The notes under the pieces are model-generated. The model saw nothing but the letters and a program-made list of their open reading frames with translations, made no database searches and was not told the DNA's origin. Source: Candidatus Oxydemutator sp. (GTDB lineage Bacteria; Pseudomonadota; Gammaproteobacteria; Poriferisulfidales; Oxydemutatoraceae). From it: 64,000 nucleotides of DNA. The translations under genes and the position numbers were made by a program. Shown here in pieces: positions 1 through 9,496 of this stretch (positions within the stretch are counted from its first letter, which is position 1; every line of letters begins with the position of its first letter). Where the stretch lies: positions 448,001-512,000 of the forward strand of contig OZ241883.1 of assembly GCA_965203445.1 (NCBI GenBank). Reading direction: 5' to 3'.

Positions 1-26
1 CTCGGTCAGTTTCTAACGCCCGCAAA

Positions 27-212
27 AAGGATCTGGTCGGGAACGCCGTGGGGGCGTTCCCTTGCTGGTGTATAAAACCGGAACGGCCCTCACCCCAACC
101 TGAATCGCCCCGTGTTTTTCGAAGACTCCCCAATGAGGGAAAAGGGGCCAGCAAAATGTAACCCTCTCCCCCCTAGGAGAGGGTGGGCGGAGAAAATGGG
201 CCGAAAACCTTT
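27..212 (+). repeat. Dispersed palindromic repeat element, copy 1; direct repeat with 1370-1535
   Basis: 27-97 (aaggatctggtcgggaac...ggccctcacccca) is near-identical to 1370-1440, and 155-212 (atgtaaccctctc..ctaggagagggtgggcggagaaaatgggccgaaa) to 1478-1535. Contains a CCCTCTCC/GGAGAGGG hairpin. Confidence 0.9.
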
Positions 213-1418
213 TGGCGGCGCTTGCTGCGCGGATACGCGGACAAGCTGCCCTTTTCCCTGGAAACCATCGGCGGCGACTTTGTGGAACAGGCGGTGAACG
301 AAGTCCAATTCGGGCGACGCGGCTATACCCACGCTGTTCTGAACCCGCCGTACAAAAAAATAACAAGCAATTCCCGTTGGCGCCTGCTCCTTCGCCAAGT
401 CGGAATTGAAACCGTCAATCTTTATTCGGCCTTTGTCGCGTTGTCTCTTTTGCTGATGGTTCCGGGCGGGCAAATTGTGGCTGTCATTCCTCGCAGCTTT
501 TGCAACGGGCCCTACCATCGCTCTTTTCGCAATTTTATTCTGAAGCGCGCGGCGATCCGGCACGTGCACTTGTTCCAGGCGCGCAACCGGACGTTCAAAG
601 ACGACGGCGTGTTACAGGAAAACGTTATCATCCGGCTTGAATGCGGCGGACGGCAAGGGCCGGTAACGGTTTCCGCTTCGACCGACGATACTTTTTGCGA
701 CATCACCGCACACGCGCATCCGTTTGATCAAATTGTGCTTCCGAACGATACGGAAAGATTTATCCACGTGCCGATTTCTTTTGAGAAAAACATCATCGAG
801 TCATCCGCGGCCATCCGCCATACTCTGGCCGACCTCGGCCTCGGCGTGTCGACCGGGCCGGTGGTCGACTTTCGATTGAAAAAGCATCTGCGCGACGCGC
901 CCGAGGCGGGAACCGTCCCCTTGCTTTATCCTGGGCACTTCACCGCCGACGGCATGATATGGCCGCGAGCGCACGGGAAAAGACCGAACGCCATTTGTCG
1001 CAACGGCGACACCGAAAAGTGGCTGTATCCGAACGGTTTTTATTGTGTGGTGCGCCGATTTTCGTCAAAGGAAGAAAAGCGCCGAATTGTGGCGGGCGTG
1101 GTTGATCCTGGCACCTTTGGCGGCGCGCCCGCGCTGGGCTTCGAGAACCATTTGAACCTGTTTCATGAGGACAAGCACGGATTGCCGCAATTTTTGGCAC
1201 ACGGGCTGGCCGCATTTCTCAACACCACCGCCGTTGATGAATGTTTTCGGCGTTTCAGCGGCCACACACAGGTCAACGCCACCGATCTCAGGTTGATGAA
1301 GTATCCAAGCCGCGAAGCACTGATGAAGCTTGGCAGATGGGCCGCGTGCCGCAAGAAACCGACGCAGGCAAGGATCTGGTCGGGAACACCGTGGGGGCGT
1401 TCCCTTACTGATGTATAA
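183..1418 (+). pseudogene. Truncated N6-adenine DNA methyltransferase, Eco57I/BsuBI-PstI type
   Basis: NPPY motif IV and following ETVNLYSAFV, IPRSFCNGPY, LQENVI and RRFSGHTQVNATDL segments typical of this family. No SAM-binding motif I before NPPY. Both ORF ends lie inside the flanking repeats. Confidence 0.8.
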
Positions 1419-1535
1419 AACCGGAACGGCCCTCACCCCAGCCCTCTCCCTCCGGGAGGAGTTGTCCGCAGGCCTGTAATGTAACCCTCTCTCCCTAGGA
1501 GAGGGTGGGCGGAGAAAATGGGCCGAAACCCTTTC
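1370..1535 (+). repeat. Dispersed palindromic repeat element, copy 2
   Basis: Matches 27-212. 1441-1510 is the reverse complement of the copy at ~51240-51310. Confidence 0.9.
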
Positions 1536-1544
1536 GGCCGTGCT

Positions 1545-1949
1545 TCATAGCAGGCTGAGGGTTAGGGCCACCGCCGTCAGGAGTGATCCCAGGATCACGA
1601 TTGCCGAGAGCGGTTTTCCGAATCCTCGGCACAGAAGCCGTCCGGCCAAGCCAAGCAGCAGCGCGGCGGCGGCGAACACCAGCGCGAACGTAACCACGCC
1701 TCGCGGGTTGCGCAAAGCCTCCGGGAATACGGCCATGAACAACGCCAGGCGTTCTTCGCGGTTTCCGCCCTGCAGAAAAGCCTGTATCCACTGCCACGCG
1801 AACCAGGACGGCACCGCCAGCACGCCCGCGCCGAGCAGCGGCAGCATGAAGGAGCAGTCGCCGCGCCTCTTCCGCTTCTCCGGCGCCTCAGCCGTTTCGT
1901 GCGTCTCAGCCGGTTCCCGCGTCTCGGTCGGTTCTTGTTCGTTTTTCAT
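1545..1949 (-). CDS. Small hypothetical membrane protein
   Basis: 134-aa ORF with about three hydrophobic segments, directly downstream of and overlapping hisE. Confidence 0.55.
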   Translation of the reverse strand: MKNEQEPTETREPAETHETAEAPEKRKRRGDCSFMLPLLGAGVLAVPSWFAWQWIQAFLQGGNREERLALFMAVFPEALRNPRGVVTFALVFAAAALLLGLAGRLLCRGFGKPLSAIVILGSLLTAVALTLSLL

Positions 1950-2256
1950 CGTGGCCGGAAGTTCCGAAGCGGCGCTCCAGTTCGGCGAACAGCCGCTCCA
2001 CCGTAATTCCCTTGCGTGCGAGCAGCACCTGGCAGTGAAACCACAAGTCGGCCATCTCGCGCACGACGTGATCGTGGTCGGCGCCGCTTGCGGCCTCGAT
2101 CAACTCGGCGGATTCCTCGGCAATTTTGTCGAGAATGGCGTCGTCGCCGCGCTGGTAGAGCGCGGCGCTGTACGATTCCTCGGGTGACGCACCCTTGCGC
2201 TGTTCCAGCACCCGGGCGATGCGCCCGATGATCTCCGCCCTGGCCGCCGTGCTCAC
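1906..2256 (-). CDS. hisE: Phosphoribosyl-ATP pyrophosphatase
   Basis: C-terminal part of ORF 1906..2985: [50 protein letters not shown]. The GTG at 2256 overlaps the hisF stop (GTGA). Confidence 0.93.
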   Translation of the reverse strand: MSTAARAEIIGRIARVLEQRKGASPEESYSAALYQRGDDAILDKIAEESAELIEAASGADHDHVVREMADLWFHCQVLLARKGITVERLFAELERRFGTSGHDEKRTRTDRDAGTG

Positions 2257-3011
2257 AGCCGCACCTCGACGCCGCGCGCGCGCATGTATTGCTTGGCCTC
2301 GCGTATCGTGTGTTCGCGGTAGTGGAAGATGCTGGCCGCGAGCACCGCGTCGGCGCGCCCTTCGGTGACGCCCTCGACCAAGTGGTCGAGCTTGCCGACG
2401 CCGCCGGAGGCGATCACCGGTATCGGGACGCTCTCGCTGACGCGCCGCGTCAGCGGCAGATCGAAGCCCTCGCGCGTGCCGTCCTTGTCCATGCTGGTCA
2501 GCAGGATTTCGCCGCAGCCGCAGGCCGCCATCCGGCGCGCCCAGTCGACGGCGTCGAGTCCCGTCGGCGTGCGCCCGCCGTGCGTGTGGACTTCCCAGCC
2601 GCCGTTGCCGCGCTTCGCGTCTATCGCGACGACGATGCACTGCGATCCGACTTTGTTCACCGCGGCGCGCACCAGATCCGGGTTCTCCACCGCGGCCGTG
2701 TTGACCGCGATTTTGTCGGCGCCGGCCTGGTGCAGCGCGCGGATGTCCGCGACGTCGCGCACGCCGCCGCCGACGGTCAGCGGCATGAACACTTCGCCGG
2801 CGACGCGCTCGACGACGTCGAGCATGATGTCGCGCCCGTCGGAACTGGCGGTGATGTCGAGAAACGTGATCTCGTCGGCGCCCTCCTCGTTGTAGCGTTT
2901 TGCGATTTCCACCGGATCGCCGGCGTCGGTTACGTTGACGAAGTTGACGCCCTTGACGACGCGCCCGCGGTCGACGTCGAGGCACGGGATGACACGCTTG
3001 GCCAGCGGCAT
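2253..3011 (-). CDS. hisF: Imidazole glycerol phosphate synthase cyclase subunit
   Basis: [49 protein letters not shown]. Confidence 0.98.
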   Translation of the reverse strand: MPLAKRVIPCLDVDRGRVVKGVNFVNVTDAGDPVEIAKRYNEEGADEITFLDITASSDGRDIMLDVVERVAGEVFMPLTVGGGVRDVADIRALHQAGADKIAVNTAAVENPDLVRAAVNKVGSQCIVVAIDAKRGNGGWEVHTHGGRTPTGLDAVDWARRMAACGCGEILLTSMDKDGTREGFDLPLTRRVSESVPIPVIASGGVGKLDHLVEGVTEGRADAVLAASIFHYREHTIREAKQYMRARGVEVRL

Positions 3012-3024
3012 CGGCGGGACCTCT

Positions 3025-3774
3025 TCAGGATCGGGGCGGCGGGCAGAGCGCGTCGACCAGTTTGCGGGTTTCGGCCAAGTCCAACGCCCCCTCGTAGAGC
3101 GCGCGCCCGAGCACCACGCCGCGGATGCCTTCCTCGCCGGTCGTGCATATCGCCTTGACGTCGTCGAGCGTCGTGAAACCGCCGGCGGCGATCACCGGAA
3201 TGCGGATCGAGGAGGCGAGTTTCACGGTGCCCTCTATGTTCGGCCCGCTCATCATGCCGTCGCGGCTGACGTCGGTGTGGATGATCGCGGCGACGCCGTC
3301 GGTCTCGAAGTGCTGCACCAGGTCCACCGGGTCGTGGTGCACCAATTTCGACCAGCCCGATACGGCGATCTGGTTTTCCTTGATGTCTATGCCGACGATG
3401 ACGTGGCCGGGGAATTCCAGGCACAGGTCGTTGATGAAGTGCGGCTGGCTCGCCGCGCGCGTGCCGAGTATCACGTACTGAACGCCGGCGTCGAGATACG
3501 CCTGCACCGTCTCCTCGTCGCGTATGCCGCCGCCGACCTGCACCGGGAGATCCGGCAGACTCTGGACGATTTGTTCGACCAGGTGCATGTTCTCCGGCTT
3601 GCCACTGGCGGCGCCGTCGAGGTCTATCACGTGCAGGCGCTCGGCGCCGGCCTCGGCCCAGCGCTTTGCGACGGCGACCGGATCGTCGGAAAACACCGTG
3701 GTCTGGTCGCGCCGGCCCTGGCGCAGGCGGACGCATCTGCCGTCTTTCAGATCAATCGCGGGGATCAGGAGCAT
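3025..3774 (-). CDS. hisA: ProFAR isomerase
   Basis: [48 protein letters not shown]. Start set at the ATG at 3774. Confidence 0.97.
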   Translation of the reverse strand: MLLIPAIDLKDGRCVRLRQGRRDQTTVFSDDPVAVAKRWAEAGAERLHVIDLDGAASGKPENMHLVEQIVQSLPDLPVQVGGGIRDEETVQAYLDAGVQYVILGTRAASQPHFINDLCLEFPGHVIVGIDIKENQIAVSGWSKLVHHDPVDLVQHFETDGVAAIIHTDVSRDGMMSGPNIEGTVKLASSIRIPVIAAGGFTTLDDVKAICTTGEEGIRGVVLGRALYEGALDLAETRKLVDALCPPPRS

Positions 3775-3839
3775 AACGGGAGTATAACGGTTGCCCATGC
3801 GCGGGGGCGCGCCTGCCTTCCAAGTATAGCGCACCACGT

Positions 3840-4481
3840 CTATGCCTTTCCATCCCAGCGCACGAAGTTTTCCAGCAGACGCAGACCGGCGTCGGCGCTT
3901 TTCTCCGGATGAAACTGCACCGCGAACACGGAAGCGGCCGCGATTGCGCAGACGAATTCCCCGCCGTACTCGGTACGCGCCGCGATCAGGCCGTCGTCGG
4001 CCGGCTCGGCGTGATAGCTATGCACGAAATAAAAGTGCTCGTCGTCGCGGATGCCGTGCCACAACGGATGCGCGCGCGTCCGGCGCACGCGATTCCAGCC
4101 CATGTGCGGGATTTTGAGACCGGGCGCCGCGTCGGCGCGCCCCTGCAAACGTCTGACGTCGCCGGCGAACAGGCCGAGGCAGTCGGTGCCGTCGTTCTCG
4201 TCGCTGCGTCCGAGCAACACTTGCAGGCCCATGCAGATACCGAGGAAGGGCTTCTCCGCGGCGGCGCGCGCAAGCGGCCGCACGAGCTTGCGCGCGTGGA
4301 TCGCGCTCATGCAGTCGCCGGCCGCGCCTTGCCCGGGGAACACGACTTTGTCGGCGTCGTCGACGCGGCGCCCGTCGCCGGTGGTGACTACCCGCGTGCC
4401 GCCCGGGCTGACGTGGCGCAGCGCGCGCTCAACCGAGCGCAGGTTGCCCATGCCGTAATCCACGATGGTGATGGTGAGCAT
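3840..4481 (-). CDS. hisH: Imidazole glycerol phosphate synthase glutaminase subunit
   Basis: IVDYGMGNLRSV, FLGICMGLQ, PHMGWN, YFVHSY, QFHPEKS. Confidence 0.97.
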   Translation of the reverse strand: MLTITIVDYGMGNLRSVERALRHVSPGGTRVVTTGDGRRVDDADKVVFPGQGAAGDCMSAIHARKLVRPLARAAAEKPFLGICMGLQVLLGRSDENDGTDCLGLFAGDVRRLQGRADAAPGLKIPHMGWNRVRRTRAHPLWHGIRDDEHFYFVHSYHAEPADDGLIAARTEYGGEFVCAIAAASVFAVQFHPEKSADAGLRLLENFVRWDGKA

Positions 4482-4534
4482 CGCCTTATCCCGCGCCCTG
4501 CGCCCCGCGCCGCAAGGCACACGCCGCTATATCG

Positions 4535-5128
4535 TCATAAAACGCCTTTGGTCGAGGGCAGGACGGCGGCCATGCGCGGATCCGGTTCGACCGCCATGCG
4601 ACACGCCTTGGCAAACGCCTTGAACAAGGTCTCGGCGATATGGTGGCCGTTGTTGCCGCGCAGGTTGTCCAGGTGCAACGTCGCCCGCGCGTGGTTGACG
4701 AAGCCCTGAAAGAATTCATGAATCAGGTCGACGTCGAACTCGCCGATGCGCGCGCGCGGATAGCTGACGTGATATTCGAGGCCGGGGCGCCCCGAGAAAT
4801 CAACGACCGCGCGCGACAACGCCTCGTCGAGCGGCACGTAGGCGTGGCCGTAGCGGCGGATGCCTTTCTTGTCGCCGAGCGCCCGCGCGAAGCATTGCCC
4901 CATGGCGATGCCGACGTCCTCGACGGTATGGTGGTGATCCACCTCGAGGTCGCCCGCGGCCTTGAGGTCGAGATCGAAACAGCCGTGCTTGCGAAATTGG
5001 TCGAGCATGTGCTCGAGGAAGGGGATGCCGATCTCGATGCGGTTTTTGCCCGAACCGTCCAGGTTCAATTCGATGTCAATTTGCGTCTCGGCGGTATGGC
5101 GCCGGACGCTGCTGGTACGCGCGTTCAT
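4535..5128 (-). CDS. hisB: Imidazoleglycerol-phosphate dehydratase
   Basis: [40 protein letters not shown]. Confidence 0.98.
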   Translation of the reverse strand: MNARTSSVRRHTAETQIDIELNLDGSGKNRIEIGIPFLEHMLDQFRKHGCFDLDLKAAGDLEVDHHHTVEDVGIAMGQCFARALGDKKGIRRYGHAYVPLDEALSRAVVDFSGRPGLEYHVSYPRARIGEFDVDLIHEFFQGFVNHARATLHLDNLRGNNGHHIAETLFKAFAKACRMAVEPDPRMAAVLPSTKGVL

Positions 5129-5228
5129 TGGGAGAGGCGTCGGAAGAACCGGATTATAAGTGAAAATTCCTCGTACAGGTGGGCCGCCGATGCCGAAGTC
5201 TTGCCGTTTCCCCTTGCTCTATCGCCCC

Positions 5229-5675
5229 TCAATCGGGCTTGACGCGCAGCAGGAAGGTCGCAGGTCCCTGGTTGACCAATTCCACGCGCATGTCGGCGCC
5301 GAAACGCCCGCGCGCGGTTTTCGGGTGTAGCCGCGCGATGGCGTCGCACAACTGCGCGAACAGCGTCTCGGCTTGTTGCGGCGCGGCCGCGGTCGAGAAA
5401 CCGGGGCGCATGCCCTTGTGCGTGTCCGCCGCCAGCGTGAACTGCGGCACCAGCAGAATCTCGCCCTCGACGTCGCCTATGCTGCGGTTCATTCTGCCAT
5501 CGTCGTCGTCGAAAATCCGGTAGCCGACGATGCGTCGCGCCATGCGCTCGACCGCCGCCGCCACGTCGCCGGGTTCAAACGCCGCGAACACTAAGACACC
5601 AAGCCCAACGTCGGCGATGGTCTCGCCGCCGGTCGCAACCGAGGCGCGCGCGACGCGCTGCAACAGTGCGATCAT
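5229..5675 (-). CDS. dtd: D-aminoacyl-tRNA deacylase
   Basis: MIALLQRVARASV, VPQFTLAADT, GMRPGFS, FGADMRVELVNQGPATF. Confidence 0.96.
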   Translation of the reverse strand: MIALLQRVARASVATGGETIADVGLGVLVFAAFEPGDVAAAVERMARRIVGYRIFDDDDGRMNRSIGDVEGEILLVPQFTLAADTHKGMRPGFSTAAAPQQAETLFAQLCDAIARLHPKTARGRFGADMRVELVNQGPATFLLRVKPD

Positions 5676-5710
5676 GAGGTGATCATCGCGCGATCATGTG
5701 CGGCGCGCCG

Positions 5711-6685
5711 TCATCCAAAGCGCCTGGCCGCGGCGTCGGTCGCCTCGACCAGGTGGTGGACGTTGCCGGCCTCGAAAGCCGAGTGGCCGGACTCGTCGGC
5801 GATTTGCAGTTGCGAGCGCGGCCAGTGTCGGTGCAGCAGCCACGCCTGTTCCAGCGGGCACACCACGTCGTAGCGCCCGTGCACGATGGTGCCCGGAATA
5901 TCGCCGAGCTTGTCGGCGTCGGCCAGCAGTTGCCCCTCTTTAAGAAAGATGCCATTGACAAAGAAGTGGCACTCGATGCGCGCGAGGCTCAGCGCGACGT
6001 GCGGGTCGCTGAAGAACTGAACCACCGAAGGCTTGGGCCTGAGGGTCGCGGTCTTGCCCTCCCACACCGACCACGCGACCGCGGCCGCAAGCCGCGCCCG
6101 CTCGTCGGCGCCGGTCAGACGGCGGTAGTAGGCGCCGATCATGTCGTCGCGCTCATCGGGCGGTATGACCTCCTCGAACGAACGCCACAGATCCGGGAAC
6201 AGAAACTTCGCGCCGTCCTGGTAAAACCACGACAGATCGCGCCGCCGGCACAGGAACACGCCGCGCAGTATCAGCGACAGGCACCGTTCGGGATGGGTCT
6301 CGGCGTAGGCGAGCGCCAGCGTCGAGCCCCACGACCCGCCGAACACGACCCAGCGCTCGATGCCGAGATGCTCGCGGATCGTCTCGAGGTCGGCAATCAG
6401 GTGTTGCGTCGTGTTGTCCCTCAGTTCGGCGTGCGGCGTCGAACGCCCGCTGCCGCGCTGATCGAAGAGCACGATGCGGTAGGCCGCGGGATCGAAGAAG
6501 CGCCGATGATCGGCCTCGCAACCGGCGCCCGGCCCGCCGTGCAGAAACACCGCTGGCAACCCGCGCGGATTGCCCGATTCCTCGACGTACAGCGTATGCA
6601 GCGCATCCACCGGCAAAAAAAACGACCGCTCGGCGCTGATTTTGGGGTAGAGGGTGCGCATTGGCGTGGGCATTGGCGTGGGCAT
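5711..6685 (-). CDS. pip: Prolyl aminopeptidase (proline iminopeptidase)
   Basis: LHGGPGAG, FDQRGSGRS, GGSWGSTLALAY, GRYDVVCP, SGHSAFE. The start could be any of three Met codons in an MPTP repeat. Confidence 0.95.
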   Translation of the reverse strand: MPTPMPTPMRTLYPKISAERSFFLPVDALHTLYVEESGNPRGLPAVFLHGGPGAGCEADHRRFFDPAAYRIVLFDQRGSGRSTPHAELRDNTTQHLIADLETIREHLGIERWVVFGGSWGSTLALAYAETHPERCLSLILRGVFLCRRRDLSWFYQDGAKFLFPDLWRSFEEVIPPDERDDMIGAYYRRLTGADERARLAAAVAWSVWEGKTATLRPKPSVVQFFSDPHVALSLARIECHFFVNGIFLKEGQLLADADKLGDIPGTIVHGRYDVVCPLEQAWLLHRHWPRSQLQIADESGHSAFEAGNVHHLVEATDAAARRFG

Positions 6686-6802
6686 TGCAGCGGCGACAGT
6701 CTATCAGGTCGACGGCAAAAACTCCCGACCGACGGGCGTGGCCGGGCCTGTGATAATGTGTCATCCATAATGTGTCACCCCGATAAGTTGCGCTGAAAAA
6801 TC

Positions 6803-7627
6803 ATGCCCGAAGTAACGTGGTGCGGCAGGCGATGGCGTCATCAACTGGAGCGTCTCGTCCGAGGTGTCGAGGCGGAGCTGTTGATAGCATGTCCGTTCAT
6901 CCAGCTGCGCGAAGCCAGATTCCTATCCACCGCTCTCGGCGCCGTGGAGGCGGACGTGCGCGTGTTGACGGATATAAGAATGGACAGCATCGTCAACGGT
7001 TCCTTGGACGTCGGCGCGCTTCTGCTGCTCGCCGCGTTCAGTCCGAAGTCCGGGGTAACGACGCTTCCCGGGCTGCACGCCAAAGTGTTTGTCGCGGACT
7101 GCAAACGGGCGATTATCACCTCCGGCAATCTGACCCGTTCCGGGCTGGATCACAACTACGAGTATGGCGCGGTCGTCAGCGGCAAAAAGACGGTCGGGCG
7201 GGTGCGCAAAGACGTGGAGAGGTTTGCCCGAGGCGGCACCATCGTCGGCGACGAAGCTCTGCGCGAAATCGCGCGGCTGGCCCGGCCTCTGATCGAAAAA
7301 AGCGAGCCTGGGACCTTCGGCAAAAAGGAAGCGGCGTTGAACCGGGCCGTGGCCGAAGCGCAGGTGGGGCCGCGCTCGGCAAACGCCGTCTTCGGCGACG
7401 CGATATGCCGGGTGCTGGCCGACCGCGTGCCGCGCACCACAAGGCGGCTGAACGAGGAAATCCGGCAGCTGCTTCCCGATTTGTGCCATGACGCACTACA
7501 CTTGACCATCAACGGCAAATCCTACGGGAAAAAGTGGAAGCATCAGGTGCGAAACGCCCAGGTTACCCTCAAGAAAAGAGGCCGTATTCTTTATGACGAG
7601 ACCGCAAGACGCTGGCTGCTTGCATAA
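6803..7627 (+). CDS. PLD-family (HKD) nuclease with C-terminal winged-helix-like domain
   Basis: Single LHAKVFVAD...TSGNLT...NYEYG PLD-nuclease motif. The C-terminus (KKWKHQVRNAQVTLKKRGRI) resembles Mrr_N/wH DNA-binding modules. Confidence 0.8.
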   Translation: MPEVTWCGRRWRHQLERLVRGVEAELLIACPFIQLREARFLSTALGAVEADVRVLTDIRMDSIVNGSLDVGALLLLAAFSPKSGVTTLPGLHAKVFVADCKRAIITSGNLTRSGLDHNYEYGAVVSGKKTVGRVRKDVERFARGGTIVGDEALREIARLARPLIEKSEPGTFGKKEAALNRAVAEAQVGPRSANAVFGDAICRVLADRVPRTTRRLNEEIRQLLPDLCHDALHLTINGKSYGKKWKHQVRNAQVTLKKRGRILYDETARRWLLA

Positions 7628-7706
7628 CGGCGGCCAGGCCCGTCGTGCGGACGTCGCCTGCATCGCGCCGGGGCCGGGCGCACGCCATCGGGTTCGGCTG
7701 CGCCGA

Positions 7707-8369
7707 ATGGACGCGATGACGGCTGATTCGCCACAATCGCCGCCGGTTGCGGGCGTTTTGGTGCGCTATCTCGGGCGGTGCGAATACGTCGGGGTGCGCG
7801 ACGCGATGGAGGCATACACGCGGCGGCGCACGGCGACGAGTGCCGATCAGTTCTGGTTGCTGGAACATTTTCCGGTTTATACGGCGGGGCGCGCGACCGC
7901 GCCGGATGCGCTGGCGCGCCGCGTCGCGCGCTCGATTCCGGTCGTATGCACCGACCGCGGCGGGCAGGCGACGTATCACGGGCCGGGACAGGCCGTGCTC
8001 TATACGCTGCTCGACTTAAGGCGCCGCGCGCTCGGCGTGCGACGTTGCGTGTATCTGCTCGAAGGGGCCGTCATCGCTTTTCTCGGCGATTGCGGCGTGC
8101 GCGCGCACCGCTTGGCGGACGCCCCCGGCGTCTATGTGCGCGGGCGCAAGATCGCCTCGCTCGGATTGCGCGTGCGCGGCGGATGCTGCTACCACGGCGT
8201 CGCGTTGAACGTCGGCATGGATTTGTCGCCTTTCGACGGCATCGTCGCGTGCGGTATGCGCGGTATGCGGGCGACGCAAATGGCGGACTGCGGCGCGGCG
8301 CCGGACGTCAAGAGCGCGGCTTTCGGTCTTGCGCGGAGTCTGGCCGCGCGGTTGGACGAACGTGTCTGA
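7707..8369 (+). CDS. lipB: Octanoyltransferase LipB
   Basis: LLEHFPVYTAG, DRGGQATYHGPGQ, RKIASLGLRV, YHGVALNV. Start is approximate. Confidence 0.95.
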   Translation: MDAMTADSPQSPPVAGVLVRYLGRCEYVGVRDAMEAYTRRRTATSADQFWLLEHFPVYTAGRATAPDALARRVARSIPVVCTDRGGQATYHGPGQAVLYTLLDLRRRALGVRRCVYLLEGAVIAFLGDCGVRAHRLADAPGVYVRGRKIASLGLRVRGGCCYHGVALNVGMDLSPFDGIVACGMRGMRATQMADCGAAPDVKSAAFGLARSLAARLDERV

Positions 8370-9381
8370 GCACCGCCCTGTCCACGCCGCAACGTCGCGC
8401 GCGAACCCGGCCACCCACCGGCGCGGCGCGCACAAGTTGTTGCGCGCGCGCAGCGCCGCCGCCAGGGCCGCCGCCAACGCCGCCACCAACGCCGTCGCCA
8501 GCACCGCCACCGGCGCCGCGCCTCTCGCCAGGCCGCGTTGGCTGAGGGCAAAACTGGTCTCCGATCCGGTTTCCGGTTCGCGCGTGGCACGTATGCGGCG
8601 GCTGCTCAGGCAAGACCGGCTGCACAGCGTCTGCGAGGAGGCGCGATGTCCGAACCTGAACGAATGCTTCTCGCGCAACACCGCGACCTTCCTGATTTTG
8701 GGCGACCGCTGCACGCGCCGGTGCGCGTTCTGCGACGTCGCGCACGGGCACCCAATGCCGCCGGATCCATATGAACCCGGGCGCTTGGCGCGGCTGGTGC
8801 GCCGCCTTGCGCTCGCCTACGTCGTCGTCACGTCGGTGGATCGCGACGACCTCGCCGACGGCGGCGCCGCGCACTTCGCCGCGTGCGTGCGCGAACTGCG
8901 CGCGATAACGACGGCGCGCGTCGAGATACTGGTTCCGGACTTTCGCAGGCGGATTGCGCGTGCGCTGTGCGCGCTCGCGCGCGCGCCCTGCGACGTGTTC
9001 GCCCACAACGTCGAGACGGTGCCGCGGCTTTACCGCGAGGTTCGCGCCGGCGCCGATTATTCCGAATCGCTGCGGCTGCTGCTGGAACACAAGCGCCGCT
9101 TCCCCGACGTTCCGACAAAGTCGGGACTGATGTTGGGGCTGGGCGAAACTACCGACGAGATCGAGGAAGTGATGCGCGACCTGCGCCGCCACCGCGTGGA
9201 CCTGCTGACCATCGGCCAGTATCTGCGCCCGGCGCCCGGTTACTGGCCGGTGCGACGCTACGCCGCCCCTGCCGAGTTCAAGCGCCTGGCCAAGATGGGC
9301 CGCGCGATGGGGTTTCGCCACGTCGCAAGCGGCCCGCTGGTGCGCTCGTCGTACCACGCCGACGCATACGCACCCGATTGA
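8362..9381 (+). CDS. lipA: Lipoyl synthase
   Basis: VCEEARCPNLNEC, CTRRCAFC (radical SAM), KSGLMLGLGE, GPLVRSSYHA. Confidence 0.97.
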   Translation: MSEHRPVHAATSRANPATHRRGAHKLLRARSAAARAAANAATNAVASTATGAAPLARPRWLRAKLVSDPVSGSRVARMRRLLRQDRLHSVCEEARCPNLNECFSRNTATFLILGDRCTRRCAFCDVAHGHPMPPDPYEPGRLARLVRRLALAYVVVTSVDRDDLADGGAAHFAACVRELRAITTARVEILVPDFRRRIARALCALARAPCDVFAHNVETVPRLYREVRAGADYSESLRLLLEHKRRFPDVPTKSGLMLGLGETTDEIEEVMRDLRRHRVDLLTIGQYLRPAPGYWPVRRYAAPAEFKRLAKMGRAMGFRHVASGPLVRSSYHADAYAPD

Positions 9382-9382
9382 C

Positions 9383-9482
9383 CTTCCCCCTCCCTATCCT
9401 GGAGAAGGACTCTGCATTCCCCCTCTCCCTCCGGGTGAGGGCCTCTTCATTCTCCCTCTGGGAGAGGGTTTGAAAGAGGGCC
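9383..9482. repeat. Degenerate copy of the CCCTCTCCC/GGGAGAGGG palindromic repeat; probable terminator between convergent lipA and methyltransferase
   Basis: ccctctccctccgggtgagggc and tctccctctgggagagggt hairpin units. Confidence 0.7.
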
Positions 9483-9496
9483 GCCGGCCTTATACA

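Noticed and set aside
27-1535. Repeats as a CRISPR array or integron attC sites
   Set aside because: The copies are long, composite and dispersed, with no regular repeat-spacer period, no cas or intI gene and no clear attC core boxes.
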